Assembly (NCBI GenBank): GCA_023898525.1
Contig: CP060227.1
Coordinates: forward strand, 645,836 to 709,835
Direction: 5' to 3'
Origin: Candidatus Nomurabacteria bacterium
GTDB lineage: Bacteria; Patescibacteriota; Minisyncoccia; Phycocordibacterales; UBA918
DNA length: 64,000 nt
The notes beneath the pieces are model-generated. The model saw only the letters and a list, made by a program, of their open reading frames with translations, searched no databases and had not been told where the DNA came from. The position numbers and the translations under genes are program-made. Of the stretch, positions 54,238-64,000 are shown piece by piece; position 1 is the stretch's first letter; each line of letters starts with the position of its first letter.

Positions 54238-55029
54238 TTACACAGCCAGCTCAATGGAGACCGGACAGTGATCTGAACCCATGACCTCAGCGTGTATCCT
54301 GGCGTATTTGACTAAGGGAACTAGGTCATTACTAATTAGAAAATAATCAATTCTCCAACCTACATTTCTAGCTCGGGCGTTGGCAAAATGAGACCACCAA
54401 GTGTAGTGACCGTTGTCCTTTTCGAATAGTCTTAGTGTGTCAACAAATCCACTTTCTACTATGTGGTCAAAACCGGTACGTTCCTCAGTGGTAAAGCCCT
54501 TTTTGCCCTTATTTTCCTTTGGTCTAGCGAGATCTAGTTCTGTATGGGCAACATTCAAATCTCCGCCAAAAATGACCGGCTTACTTTTTTGCAGTTCTAG
54601 TATATATGTTAGAAAAGCTTTATCCCAGGCTTCGCGCATGGGAAGGCGTGAAAGATCGTCTTTGGCGTTTGGGGTGTAGACAGAAGTGACGAAATAACCT
54701 TCAAATTCAAGAACAATTACCCGTCCTTCTTCGTTAGTGTCGCCGTATACATCTTTGAGGAAGAATTGTTTTTCTATATGTTCCGGTAGGCCGCAATAGA
54801 CTTCAAGGGGGGTGTGTTTGGTAAAAATAGCGGTTCCTGAATAACCTTTTCGCTTGGCTGAGCACCAATATTCTTCATATTCTTCAAAATCAACCTCGAT
54901 TTGGTCATGATTTGCCTTGGTTTCTTGCAAACATAGGATATCTGGCTGATGGTCTTTGATAAAAGCCTGCAAGGCTCCTTTTTTATAGACTGAGCGGATG
55001 CCATTTACGTTCCATGAGTAGATTTTCAT
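54238..55029 (-). CDS. xth: exodeoxyribonuclease III (Xth/APE1 family AP endonuclease)
   Basis: Start at MKIYSWNVNGIRS (55029); QETKAN, DILCLQE and C-terminal SDHCPV motifs of the EEP nuclease family. Confidence 0.88.
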   Translation of the reverse strand: MKIYSWNVNGIRSVYKKGALQAFIKDHQPDILCLQETKANHDQIEVDFEEYEEYWCSAKRKGYSGTAIFTKHTPLEVYCGLPEHIEKQFFLKDVYGDTNEEGRVIVLEFEGYFVTSVYTPNAKDDLSRLPMREAWDKAFLTYILELQKSKPVIFGGDLNVAHTELDLARPKENKGKKGFTTEERTGFDHIVESGFVDTLRLFEKDNGHYTWWSHFANARARNVGWRIDYFLISNDLVPLVKYARIHAEVMGSDHCPVSIELAV

Positions 55030-55122
55030 GGGTATAATATAGCATAAAGGTGGGGTTCGGTGCCGTAGGCGCCGAACAAACGGCTTTTCATAATGGTGAT
55101 TATTTAATATAATTATTGTTAT

Positions 55123-55518
55123 ATGGACAATAATCAAAATAACCAAGAAGCAGCTAGTGAAAATACTAGTAATACCACCAACACTGCGGAGAGAACAACG
55201 AGCAACGAATCATCCTACGTGTTAAATCACACTACCATGATGGCGTCTTTATCATATTTAGGTCCGCTGGTACTTATTCCGCTTCTAACTAATCGCGATA
55301 ACCCTTTTGTACTCTTCCATATCAAGCAAGGATTGATAATTATCGCGATTGGTTTGATTGCACATTTCTTCTTTATGATTATGTGGCTTTATCCAATATT
55401 AACGTTGATTGATATAGTCCTTTTTATCTTTTCCGTTATAGGTATCCTTAATTCTCTACAAAAGAAAGAAGCACCATTGCCGTTTATTGGGCAATTGGCG
55501 ACCCATATAAAACTATAA
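55123..55518 (+). CDS. small membrane protein (DUF4870-like)
   Basis: N-terminal polar low-complexity stretch, then LSYLGPLVLIPLL and three TMs. Confidence 0.4.
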   Translation: MDNNQNNQEAASENTSNTTNTAERTTSNESSYVLNHTTMMASLSYLGPLVLIPLLTNRDNPFVLFHIKQGLIIIAIGLIAHFFFMIMWLYPILTLIDIVLFIFSVIGILNSLQKKEAPLPFIGQLATHIKL

Positions 55519-55652
55519 TTGTCTCTTTACCCTTGTATTTAAATCTAATTATGATTTAATAACGGAAGCGAAACCAACTCCTTGAGGTAAGGTGTGAAAA
55601 CATTGATCAGGTGAAGTGACGTTTTGTAGTTAAAAAGTATAAATAAAAAATA

Positions 55653-55880
55653 ATGACAGGAACAATTGTTCGCAAGCGCGATAATGGTTATGGTTTTATC
55701 AAGCCAGACCAAGAGGGTGAAAAGGATGTATTCTTTCACGCTCAATCATTAGTAGATGTTGCTTTTGACGACCTACAAGAAGGAGACCGAGTTTCTTTTG
55801 ATGTAGAAGAAGGTCAAAAAGGTCCAGCTGCTGCTAATGTTCGCCGTAGCGATACTCCAGCTCCAACTCCAGCTGCATAG
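55653..55880 (+). CDS. cspA: cold-shock protein (CspA family)
   Basis: MTGTIVRKRDNGYGFIKPDQEGEKDVFFHAQSL, RNP1/RNP2 motifs of the cold-shock domain. Confidence 0.9.
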   Translation: MTGTIVRKRDNGYGFIKPDQEGEKDVFFHAQSLVDVAFDDLQEGDRVSFDVEEGQKGPAAANVRRSDTPAPTPAA

Positions 55881-55897
55881 TAGGGTTGAAAGCTAAT

Positions 55898-55934
55898 AAA
55901 CACAAAGCCGTGGTTTAACCGCGGCTTTGTGTTT
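55898..55934 (+). terminator. intrinsic terminator after cspA
   Basis: aaacacaaagccg-tggtttaa-ccgcggctttgtgttt. Confidence 0.65.
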
Positions 55935-55979
55935 ATTAGTTTGGATGAAAAACTATTTGGACGTGTATACTTATAGTTA

Positions 55980-56375
55980 ATGCTCTTTGTTTCGATCTTA
56001 CATCACTATTTATTGTGGCATTATTCTAAGGCCTTCGCGGAGATTTTTCATGTTTGGAATAACTTTTTTTGGTTTGTCGTTCACTTTTTTTCACTGCCCC
56101 AACTTGTCAAATCTTATTTTGCACCTTGGAAAAGGATAGTTGAAGATCGTGGTAAAAAATTTAATTTTGAAGATTGGGCCGGGTATATCATTATTGGCAT
56201 TGTTTCACGAATTATCGGGATTATTCTTCGTACGATAGTGATTCTGGTAGGAACAGCGTTATTGGTACTTCTTTGTGTTGGGATTGTTGTGGTTTATTTG
56301 TTTTGGCTTTTTGCTCCAGCTTTTTTGGTAGCTAGTTTGGTCTATGGTTTTGTTTTAATGTTTTCTTACTCATAA
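55980..56375 (+). CDS. small polytopic membrane protein
   Basis: 131 aa with four predicted TMs; immediately upstream of the Clp ATPase gene. Confidence 0.45.
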   Translation: MLFVSILHHYLLWHYSKAFAEIFHVWNNFFWFVVHFFSLPQLVKSYFAPWKRIVEDRGKKFNFEDWAGYIIIGIVSRIIGIILRTIVILVGTALLVLLCVGIVVVYLFWLFAPAFLVASLVYGFVLMFSYS

Positions 56376-56384
56376 TATTTAGGT

Positions 56385-58820
56385 ATGTATACTCTGGCTG
56401 AAGACATAAAAAAATATGCACCTGTACTTTCATTAGTAAAGATACTTTCAAGGCGTACTCTAAGTACGTTACGAATAATATTTTTTACTCTAGCTGTCAT
56501 CGCCGCTCTTGTAGCTGTCGGGTTTCATTACTTTATACCGACCGCACCAATTTCTTTGTTGTTAGGCATAAGTTTGATTTTTTCTGGTCTTTGGCTTGAG
56601 CAGCTTTTAATTTTTAGTTATCACAACAGCTACTATTTCTTTGGCCTCAATTCTATTATCGGTCTGGAAGATGAAAATATAGCTGGCGCAACTTATGAAG
56701 TGGCTGAGGCCATTGGTAGACAAAAAAACGACATTACTAAAGCCTTCTGCACTTCAAGGCTCGGGACTATTGTGCTTTTGCGGGCGGGGATTAGTGCCGA
56801 TATGCTTGACACTTTCTTTAGGTCTCAGAGAGCTCTTATTTCTACTGATATGGTACCACTTCCGTCTAATCAGATTTTTACTTTGATTACGCTTGGTAAA
56901 TATATTTTGCAGCAAGATAGTGCTTTTAAAAAACTGCTGAAGGAAAATGGTGTTGCCGACGAAATTTTTGTTGGTTCATTGGAGTGGGTTGTTGGTAGTC
57001 ACTTACAAGAAAAACGTCTTGAACGCTGGTGGGGTAAGGATAATTTGTCGAAAACTCAAGGAATTGGTCGCGAGTGGGCCTTTGGTACTGCTTATATTTT
57101 GCAAAAGTTTTCTCGTAGTCTACAGGTTGGGGCTGTTTACTCTGGTTTGTCTGATGGTGACTCAGCTTTTACTAATGAAAAAATTGAGGAAATTGAGGTT
57201 GCTTTAGCTAGAGCAAAGGCGTCCAACGTACTTATTATTGGTGAAGCGGGCGTGGGCAAGATTGACTTGTTGCTTGAGGTCAATAGGCGGATTCGTCTAG
57301 GTAAGTCACTGAGTGCGATTGAGAACAAACAAATGATCCTACTTGATACCAGTCGTTTATTTGCTACCCATCATGACAAACAGGCTTTAGAACTAACAAT
57401 CCTTCAGCTTTTTACCGAAGCAACAAAAGCCGGCAATGTTATTATGGTCATTGAAAATCTAAGCACTTTAATTCGTGAGGCTGAAGCAATGGGTGTATTT
57501 ATTCCAGAACTGATTGACCCTTACTTGGCTACGGACAACCTCCATGTGGTTGCTACTGACACGCCCGGTTCTTATCATACACATCTAGAACCGCTCGGGG
57601 CTTTCGCTAGACGTTTTGCTGAAGTGTTGATTGATGAACCAAATCTGGCTAGTACTACCAGAGTACTCCAAGGAGTGGCGCTCCAAAATGAAAACCGTTA
57701 TCAAACCTTGTTTACCTATGCCGCACTTAAGGCGGTCACTGAGTCGGCAGACCGCTATATTGTTGAAGGGAAGATGCCAGACAAGGCGATTGAGCTTTTG
57801 ATTGATATTGCCACCAGAGCCAATCAAGCTGGGGTTGGTGTTATCACAGATGACTATGTTTATCAGGTGGTTAGTGACAAAACTGGTATTCCAGCTGGTC
57901 CAATAGAAGAAAAAGAACGTGACTTACTACTTAATCTGGAAGACAGGTTACATGAGCGGGTGATTGGTCAATTGGGAGCAATTGATGCGATTGCTGGAAC
58001 AATGCGTCGGGCAAGAGCTGGAATTCAGTCAGCTGACAAACCAATTGGCTCCTTTTTGTTTCTTGGTCCAACTGGTGTTGGAAAAACAGAGACGGCCAAA
58101 GCCTTGGCCTTTGTCTTCTTTGGCGACGAAAATAAAATGCATCGTATTGATATGTCTGAATTTAGTGGGGAAGATGCCTTGGAGCGGCTTATTGGTAATG
58201 GTGAAGAGTCTGGAATATTACCAGACATGTTGCGTGAGCATCCTTACGCTGTACTTTTGCTTGATGAGTTTGAAAAAGGATCAAAGGCTGTGCATGATGT
58301 ATTTCTTCAAATATTGGACGAAGGGGTGTTTACTGACGCTAGAGGTGAGAGAGTAAATGCTCGAAATACCATTATAATTGCCACCTCAAACGCTGGCAGT
58401 CAACTAATCATGGACACAATTGAACAAAGGAAAGAATTGTCGACCCTACAGCAAGAAATTGTTGACCATATTATAAAAGAAGGTATTTACCGTCCTGAGT
58501 TAGTCAATCGTTTTGATAATACAATAATATTTGAACCTCTCAAAATTGAAGAGCAGGGACAGGTGGCTGGTTTAATGCTTAAGGGGCTTTATGAAAGAAT
58601 TAAGGACAAGGGGTACGAACTTGTTGTTACTCGCGATTTAATGGATGTCTTGGTGGAAAAAGGTTACGACCCGCAATTTGGAGCTAGACCGATGCAGAGA
58701 GTTTTGCAAAATCTGATTGAAGAAAAGGTGGCGGAAAAGATGATCAGCGGAGAGGTTAAAGAAGGTGATACTATTACTCTAACCAAGGCTGATTTTAGTG
58801 AGGCAGAGCTAAGTAACTAG
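56385..58820 (+). CDS. membrane-anchored ClpA/ClpB/ClpC-family AAA+ ATPase with degenerate first nucleotide-binding domain
   Basis: Three to four N-terminal TMs; NBD1 Walker A GEAGVGKID (no Thr/Ser) and Walker B IMVIEN (no DE); NBD2 canonical GPTGVGKTETAKALA, LLLDEFEKG, sensor RPELVNRFD. Confidence 0.8.
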   Translation: MYTLAEDIKKYAPVLSLVKILSRRTLSTLRIIFFTLAVIAALVAVGFHYFIPTAPISLLLGISLIFSGLWLEQLLIFSYHNSYYFFGLNSIIGLEDENIAGATYEVAEAIGRQKNDITKAFCTSRLGTIVLLRAGISADMLDTFFRSQRALISTDMVPLPSNQIFTLITLGKYILQQDSAFKKLLKENGVADEIFVGSLEWVVGSHLQEKRLERWWGKDNLSKTQGIGREWAFGTAYILQKFSRSLQVGAVYSGLSDGDSAFTNEKIEEIEVALARAKASNVLIIGEAGVGKIDLLLEVNRRIRLGKSLSAIENKQMILLDTSRLFATHHDKQALELTILQLFTEATKAGNVIMVIENLSTLIREAEAMGVFIPELIDPYLATDNLHVVATDTPGSYHTHLEPLGAFARRFAEVLIDEPNLASTTRVLQGVALQNENRYQTLFTYAALKAVTESADRYIVEGKMPDKAIELLIDIATRANQAGVGVITDDYVYQVVSDKTGIPAGPIEEKERDLLLNLEDRLHERVIGQLGAIDAIAGTMRRARAGIQSADKPIGSFLFLGPTGVGKTETAKALAFVFFGDENKMHRIDMSEFSGEDALERLIGNGEESGILPDMLREHPYAVLLLDEFEKGSKAVHDVFLQILDEGVFTDARGERVNARNTIIIATSNAGSQLIMDTIEQRKELSTLQQEIVDHIIKEGIYRPELVNRFDNTIIFEPLKIEEQGQVAGLMLKGLYERIKDKGYELVVTRDLMDVLVEKGYDPQFGARPMQRVLQNLIEEKVAEKMISGEVKEGDTITLTKADFSEAELSN

Positions 58821-58917
58821 TTTTTAAATATTTTAACACTTAAAAGTTAACAAGCTAATCATTATTTGATTAAGGATAATTAGTCAACCTTGGAGAACTA
58901 ACATATAATATGTATAT

Positions 58918-59859
58918 ATGAAAAATATTATAGTTATTATTGTAGTTGCATTATTGGTAATTGGGGGGGCGGTTTTTTATTTTTATTCTAATCAAGACGG
59001 TGCTTCTTACACTAAAGATGAAACAGAAAAAGTTGTTGTTCCGGATGTTGAGCCGGTAACATCTGATGACATGGTTGATGAGTCAGCTACTGCAGTTGAA
59101 GAAATGGATAGTCGAGGACCGATTAGTACTATTGGAAAATCAGCTGGTGGCGAGGATATCTTAGCTTATCACTTTGGCGACGGTGACCAAGAGCTAATTT
59201 TTGTTGGTGGTATTCATGGTGGTTATTCATGGAATACTGCCCTAATGTCTTTTGAGATGATTGATTGGCTGAAGAGTAATCCTAGCGTAGTTCCCGAAAA
59301 TGTAACAGTTACTGTTATTCCGGTACTTAATCCTGATGGTCTTAAAAAGGTAACGGGTACATCCGGTAAGTTTACCGCTGCTCAGGTTGTTGCTTCAGAT
59401 GCGGTAAAGACGGAAGGGCGTTTTAATGCCGACAATGTTGACTTAAATCGTAATTTTGATTGCGAGTGGCAGCCGGTTGGTACCTGGCAAGACCGAGAGG
59501 TTAGTGGAGGAAAAACCGTTTTCTCTGAGCCGGAGACCCAGGCTTTAAGAGACTATGTAAAGAAGAATCAGCCGACGGCAGTTGTTGCTTGGTATAGTGC
59601 GGCTGGTGGTGTGTATTCATCTAGTTGTAAAAATGGTATCTTGCCTGAAACTAAGACACTAACTAATTTATTTGCTAAGGCGGCTGGTTACCCAGCGTAT
59701 GAAGAGTTTAATTATTACGAAATAACCGGTGACATGGTTAACTGGTTAGCGGGACAGAATATTCCGGCCATTAGTGTTCTATTAACTACTCGTGAAAATA
59801 CTGAGTGGAGCAAGAACAGGGCTGGTATTGAAGCGGTCCTTAAGCACTACGCTGAATAA
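58918..59859 (+). CDS. M14-family zinc carboxypeptidase-like protein (paralog 1)
   Basis: Signal-anchor; FVGGIHGGYSWN, NPDGL, DLNRNFDCEW, FSEPETQALRDYV, the M14 zinc-binding and substrate motifs. Confidence 0.65.
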   Translation: MKNIIVIIVVALLVIGGAVFYFYSNQDGASYTKDETEKVVVPDVEPVTSDDMVDESATAVEEMDSRGPISTIGKSAGGEDILAYHFGDGDQELIFVGGIHGGYSWNTALMSFEMIDWLKSNPSVVPENVTVTVIPVLNPDGLKKVTGTSGKFTAAQVVASDAVKTEGRFNADNVDLNRNFDCEWQPVGTWQDREVSGGKTVFSEPETQALRDYVKKNQPTAVVAWYSAAGGVYSSSCKNGILPETKTLTNLFAKAAGYPAYEEFNYYEITGDMVNWLAGQNIPAISVLLTTRENTEWSKNRAGIEAVLKHYAE

Positions 59860-60785
59860 TGATAATGGATCAAGAACAAAAGAAATCACTGCCGCTAGTT
59901 ATCGTTCTAATAATTGGTGCGATTGCTATAGTGGCCGCTGGATTTATGCTGGTGGAAAAGAAAAAATCAACCTTGCCAGAAGTGTCAGATATAAGTACTT
60001 CGACTATTATCACTAGTGATGATACTGAGCCTTCTAATATAAGTACGGTGGGGCACTCGGTGGAAGGAAGGGTAATTGAAAGTTATTCTTTCGGCACGGG
60101 TGACACAACACTTTTGTTTGTTGGCGGTATACATGGCGGTTATGAATGGAACAGTACTCTTTTAGCTTATCAGTTTATTGATGAACTGGAGACCGATCGG
60201 ATTAAAGTACCAGATACATTGAAGATAGAAATTATTCCCGCTCTTAACCCTGACGGACTATATAAGATCGTTGGAAAAGAGGGACGTTTTACCGCCCAAG
60301 ATGTAATTTCTAGTGACGTTAATGTAATCGCTACTGGACGCTTCAATGCCAATAACGTTGACTTAAATCGTAACTTTGATTGTAAGTGGAAGCCAACTAG
60401 TACTTGGCGTGGCAAGGAAGTGGATGCTGGTGACAATGCTTTTTCAGAACCAGAAGCGGCTGCTCTTAGAAACTTTGTAGAAAAGACAGATCCAGCAGCT
60501 GTGGTCTTTTGGCACAGTCAGGCTAACGCGGTCTATGCTTCAGAGTGTGAAAATGGAATTCTGCCAGAGACATTATCTCTTATGAATACATACGCTAACG
60601 CTGCACTGTATAAGTCAGTTGATAGTTTTGATGCTTATCCAATTAGCGGTGATGCTGAGGGTTGGCTAGCTTCTATCGGGATTCCGGCCATCACAGTAGA
60701 GCTTAGTTCTCGTGAGGGAATGGATTGGTCTAAAAACAAAAAAGGTTTTGAGGCGGTGGTGGGGTTGTATAGTATAGCGAGGTAG
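59859..60785 (+). CDS. M14-family zinc carboxypeptidase-like protein (paralog 2)
   Basis: Same motif set (FVGGIHGGYEWN, NPDGL, DLNRNFDCKW, FSEPEAAALRNFV); tandem duplicate, start overlaps the previous stop. Confidence 0.65.
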   Translation: MIMDQEQKKSLPLVIVLIIGAIAIVAAGFMLVEKKKSTLPEVSDISTSTIITSDDTEPSNISTVGHSVEGRVIESYSFGTGDTTLLFVGGIHGGYEWNSTLLAYQFIDELETDRIKVPDTLKIEIIPALNPDGLYKIVGKEGRFTAQDVISSDVNVIATGRFNANNVDLNRNFDCKWKPTSTWRGKEVDAGDNAFSEPEAAALRNFVEKTDPAAVVFWHSQANAVYASECENGILPETLSLMNTYANAALYKSVDSFDAYPISGDAEGWLASIGIPAITVELSSREGMDWSKNKKGFEAVVGLYSIAR

Positions 60786-60804
60786 GGTGAAGAACGAATA
60801 AATT

Positions 60805-60839
60805 AAAACACCCCGCTGCCGTAGGCAGCGGGGTGTTTT
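60805..60839. terminator. bidirectional terminator (GTAG loop) between M14 paralog 2 and the large membrane protein gene
   Basis: aaaacaccccgctgcc-GTAG-gcagcggggtgtttt. Confidence 0.7.
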
Positions 60840-60846
60840 AGTTTAT

Positions 60847-63429
60847 TTAGACATCAAGATCGTCGGAGTTTTTACTGGTCTCTGAAGATGGTATGAAATC
60901 GTTTTTGTTATTTGGTGATTTATTAGTTAATCCTGCGTTTTGCTTTTCCAGTAGAGCGGTTGTGATAAACAGAACGCCAATTCCCAAGAAGGTAACGATA
61001 CGCCACAAGAGTTCCATGCTCCAGACGTCGATGATTACGAGTCGTGCTACCACAAATATCAACAAGGCTTGACCAGCTCGCTTGTAGTCACCCCTTTTAG
61101 TTCTCTTGCCATATTGGTATAAACCGAGTCCAATTACTGTGAAAACAAAGAGAGAAAGTGCCACTGCCTTGTCGGGATTTAAAAATGAATGTGTAAGTGA
61201 CCAAAAGTAGCCAACGGCAAAAAGTGAAGCGGTAATTAGAATGGTTTTGCTCCAGGATGTAACTTTTTCCCGATCTTCAGGGTTGGTGGTGCGATAATAC
61301 TTGCGTAGACCGACCCCGATTAAGGTCATGATTGTTATAACTATAAACAGACCCAGAGGTTTTATTACCTCAGATTGTTCCCAGCCAGAGAAGTCAAAGG
61401 AATCAAAAGATAATAATAATGGCAAAATTAGTGCCAGAAGAGCAACGCCAACCCACTTAAGATTAGTTTGCAGAATGGTAAATAGTGAGATAAGAGCATA
61501 AAGAATAATAATGTAAGAGCTGTAGGTTAAAACAGAACCAACAGGGTACGGTAACCAGCTATCAAAAATAGCTGACAAAGCAATGAATATATATGATATC
61601 GTAACCACAATCATTACACCCAACGAGCGCTTAAGAGATTGATTGTATTCGGCCGTGAATATTTGAGTAAAGAGTAGGGTGCTCAAAATCATTACACCAA
61701 ACATTACACCGACACCAAATCCGTGAATATGAAATATTCCCTCGCGCCAAGCTGGGGAGGTGAGGGAGGAAAGGCTGGCCATGATTGGAGGAATTAAGGT
61801 GAGACTGGTGGCTACAATTACTCGACTGGCTAGCTGACGATGAGTGGTGTAGTAAATTCCAGCGAGAGACATTAGTGCCCAAACAACATACAACATCACT
61901 AGGGCAGTATCGCCACTAAATATAGAAGAGGTGACTTGGGCTGACACACCTAAAGTGTAAAAATAACCAATGGCGCCAAATAGTCCGGCCAAGGGTCGGT
62001 TCCAGCGATAGACGGCCAAGGTTTTATTATGTGAAAGCCAAAGGGCACTGATGATAAACGAAGTCATAACTGAATAGAGGACAAAAGCGTCGGCGTGCAG
62101 GATTCCGTATTTCCAAGCGACTGTGTCGAAGGAAGAAAGAGAGGTGATGAGAGGTAATAGGTAGCCAAAAGCAACGAGGCGCATGACGCGTTCTGGTAAG
62201 CCAAGGTACGTGACGATAAAAAAGACAGCCGTAATTTCTATGGTGTAAGCTAAAATTTCTGTGAAGCCAGAGAATACAAAACTGGTGGCGATAAGGAGAC
62301 TGACCAGTGAAAAGGCAATATAAGTCGCGGTGATGTTGATTGGATAATTTCGTACCAAGGACAAATAAGCTACTCCCGCTAGAGCAATAGTTGCAATTGT
62401 AGTGGCCAATCCTGCACTAAGGGCAATTTGTGAAGCAAAGAAAACAAAAACCAGACCGGCAATAGCTAGACTAAGAACATCGGTGGTGCGTGCTTCCTTG
62501 GTTTTTATAAAACTCATGGTTACGCTAACGAAAAATAAAATAGTAAAGATGACAACAAAGAACCAAAGAACATTACCGTTCATGTAACTCAGAAGTCCTA
62601 ATTCATAAAAGCTGACACCCAACGTTAAGATCATCGACAGAGTTCGCCATTCTTGTTTGACGCCAACAAACAAAAGTCCAACCGATAAGATTAGTAGATA
62701 AGTGAGGATCCAAGCTCCTTCACCCGCGACTCCTACTAGCATTGGAATTAAGAGTCCGGCCAAGGCGGTCACGATTGCCAACCATTTGGTATTTGTTTGC
62801 CATGATACATATATAGTATAAACGAGACCAATGACAAGAAGACCAAGGGCCAATACTGGCGGTAGTGGTGTGGCGATAATTTTGGCAGTAAAAATGGTGG
62901 CACTGATGATTCCGGTACCAAGTGCGGTTAGTACTACATACTCAGTGGTTGATATACTGGCTCGATAAAAACCAACTAGATAGGCCAGTAAAGCCAAAAC
63001 AAAGCCAAGTAGAAGCAAAACCAGTGGTGAGAAAACGCTTTCTACCACCGCGTAAGTTACCAGCCAAACCGCGCCCAAGAAAAAGATGATGCTACCGATC
63101 TTGATTAGTGTGTTTTCTCTAAACCAACTGACGAGAAAGAATTCCTTGTCTTCTTCCTTAGATGCAACTTCATGTACAACTTTTGGTGCGTAGTCTACTT
63201 CAGTTGAAGATGCGAACTGGTCAGGTGTATTGTCAGTCTCGGTTTGGGCTGGTGGAGGTGGTGTAAGTGGAACGTTCTCACGTTGTTCACTTACCAGATC
63301 TTTTTCGTCGGAAGCAACAGCGGTGGAAATCAAAGGCTTTATTTTTTTCTCTAGCTCATTGAACCTCTCCTTAAGTTTTAAGTGTGATAAAAATAGCGCG
63401 AATAATAAAATCGTTAATATAAAAGTCAT
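60847..63429 (-). CDS. large polytopic membrane protein (DUF2339-like)
   Basis: 860 aa; N-terminal TM and coiled segment (ELEKKIKPL), then more than 20 predicted TM helices. Confidence 0.55.
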   Translation of the reverse strand: MTFILTILLFALFLSHLKLKERFNELEKKIKPLISTAVASDEKDLVSEQRENVPLTPPPPAQTETDNTPDQFASSTEVDYAPKVVHEVASKEEDKEFFLVSWFRENTLIKIGSIIFFLGAVWLVTYAVVESVFSPLVLLLLGFVLALLAYLVGFYRASISTTEYVVLTALGTGIISATIFTAKIIATPLPPVLALGLLVIGLVYTIYVSWQTNTKWLAIVTALAGLLIPMLVGVAGEGAWILTYLLILSVGLLFVGVKQEWRTLSMILTLGVSFYELGLLSYMNGNVLWFFVVIFTILFFVSVTMSFIKTKEARTTDVLSLAIAGLVFVFFASQIALSAGLATTIATIALAGVAYLSLVRNYPINITATYIAFSLVSLLIATSFVFSGFTEILAYTIEITAVFFIVTYLGLPERVMRLVAFGYLLPLITSLSSFDTVAWKYGILHADAFVLYSVMTSFIISALWLSHNKTLAVYRWNRPLAGLFGAIGYFYTLGVSAQVTSSIFSGDTALVMLYVVWALMSLAGIYYTTHRQLASRVIVATSLTLIPPIMASLSSLTSPAWREGIFHIHGFGVGVMFGVMILSTLLFTQIFTAEYNQSLKRSLGVMIVVTISYIFIALSAIFDSWLPYPVGSVLTYSSYIIILYALISLFTILQTNLKWVGVALLALILPLLLSFDSFDFSGWEQSEVIKPLGLFIVITIMTLIGVGLRKYYRTTNPEDREKVTSWSKTILITASLFAVGYFWSLTHSFLNPDKAVALSLFVFTVIGLGLYQYGKRTKRGDYKRAGQALLIFVVARLVIIDVWSMELLWRIVTFLGIGVLFITTALLEKQNAGLTNKSPNNKNDFIPSSETSKNSDDLDV

Positions 63430-63705
63430 GATAAATATAGATTATGCTTCTAGTATGAAACACGGATAAAGAATAGACAGTACTTTTTATCCCCAGTGAA
63501 AATGGAAAATGTGTGAGTTTGAAGTGTAAGGATGAAAAGCACCGCGCCTACGGCGCGGGACTTCCAAATAAAAATAACGAAGGTGCGACCTTGAGGAGAA
63601 GTCTGTGACGGAAAAGGTCGTTTTTTGGTTATTTTTATCAATATTCAATTCTTAGCACACATATCATATGTATAACCTTTTCAAAAATGCTATACTCTCG
63701 CCATT

Positions 63706-64000
63706 ATGGAAACTTGGTTTATTTTTGCGGTTGTATCCCTCGTCTTTTCCGGACTTCATATTTTTGGACAAAAAGTAGGAGTGGCCCGAAACTATAATTC
63801 TAATTTACTAAATGGTGTCAGCTCTGGAATAGCTTGAGTTGTTACTTTTATAATAGCTGGTTTCGTTGAAGGTTATAGTGAGATATCTTGGATAATCTTA
63901 GGTTTCGCTTTACTTAGTGGAGTAATATATCTATTTAATTCCAATTTACGCATGGATTCTCTCCGTTATATAGATACTACAATTGCTTTACCAATACATA
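63706..64000 (+). CDS. membrane protein (partial at window end) with in-frame TGA at 63835-63837; possible pseudogene
   Basis: METWFIFAVVSLVFSGLHIFGQK...GIA[TGA]VVTFIIAGFVEGYSEISWIILGF...; the hydrophobic frame continues through the stop. Confidence 0.25.

Noticed and set aside
55055-55077. GTAG-loop hairpin as a terminator for xth
   Set aside because: It lies upstream of the xth start in a divergent promoter region and has no flanking T-run; retained only as a possible regulatory hairpin in the GTAG-loop finding.
1-64000. Alternative genetic code with TGA read as a sense codon (as in some CPR lineages)
   Set aside because: corA terminates at TGA with a native-looking C-terminus and long multi-domain ORFs are unbroken, so the standard bacterial code fits; the two in-frame TGAs are treated as local anomalies.

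Overview
The window is AT-rich, gene-dense bacterial chromosome with short intergenic regions, and all calls below come from reading the sequence and the supplied ORF translations. A type IV pilus module (PilB/GspE ATPase, PilC/GspF, at least three prepilin-motif pilins) and small housekeeping genes (nusA, ppa, tig, clpP, rny, hup, cca, xth, cspA, corA, mscS-family, three TrmB-family regulators, three NUDIX genes) point to a reduced-genome lineage such as Patescibacteria/CPR; this is inference, not a database result. The standard genetic code is in use: corA and the recombinase both end at TGA.

Most interesting observations:
- Three tRNA genes (Gly-TCC, Gly-GCC, Arg-TCG) each have, just downstream, an inverted copy of their own 3' end and a direct copy ~130-200 bp further on. 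The two Gly modules (22581-22735 and 43461-43608) share a conserved core in which three stems covary between copies, which argues for a structured RNA or DNA element.
- The tRNA-Gly(TCC) module lies ~7.9 kb from its tRNA. The gap is filled by a putative integrated element. It carries a frameshifted large serine recombinase fused onto the tRNA 3' end, an HUH rolling-circle Rep with a GC-rich origin-like palindrome block, an IS200 copy, and a cargo cluster (two tandem CYTH proteins, a two-domain SAM methyltransferase, a Tmk-like kinase, a membrane-anchored DUF2726 nuclease-like protein, an XRE regulator).
- A three-member repeat family (covarying 40-bp palindrome followed by a terminator-like hairpin) sits upstream of small genes.
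- A recurrent GTAG tetraloop appears in six terminator-type hairpins.
- Partial 5' duplicates of tRNA-Pro lie upstream of the intact gene.
- Other mobile DNA: two identical IS200/IS605 copies, a second IS200-like element, an IS481-family IS.
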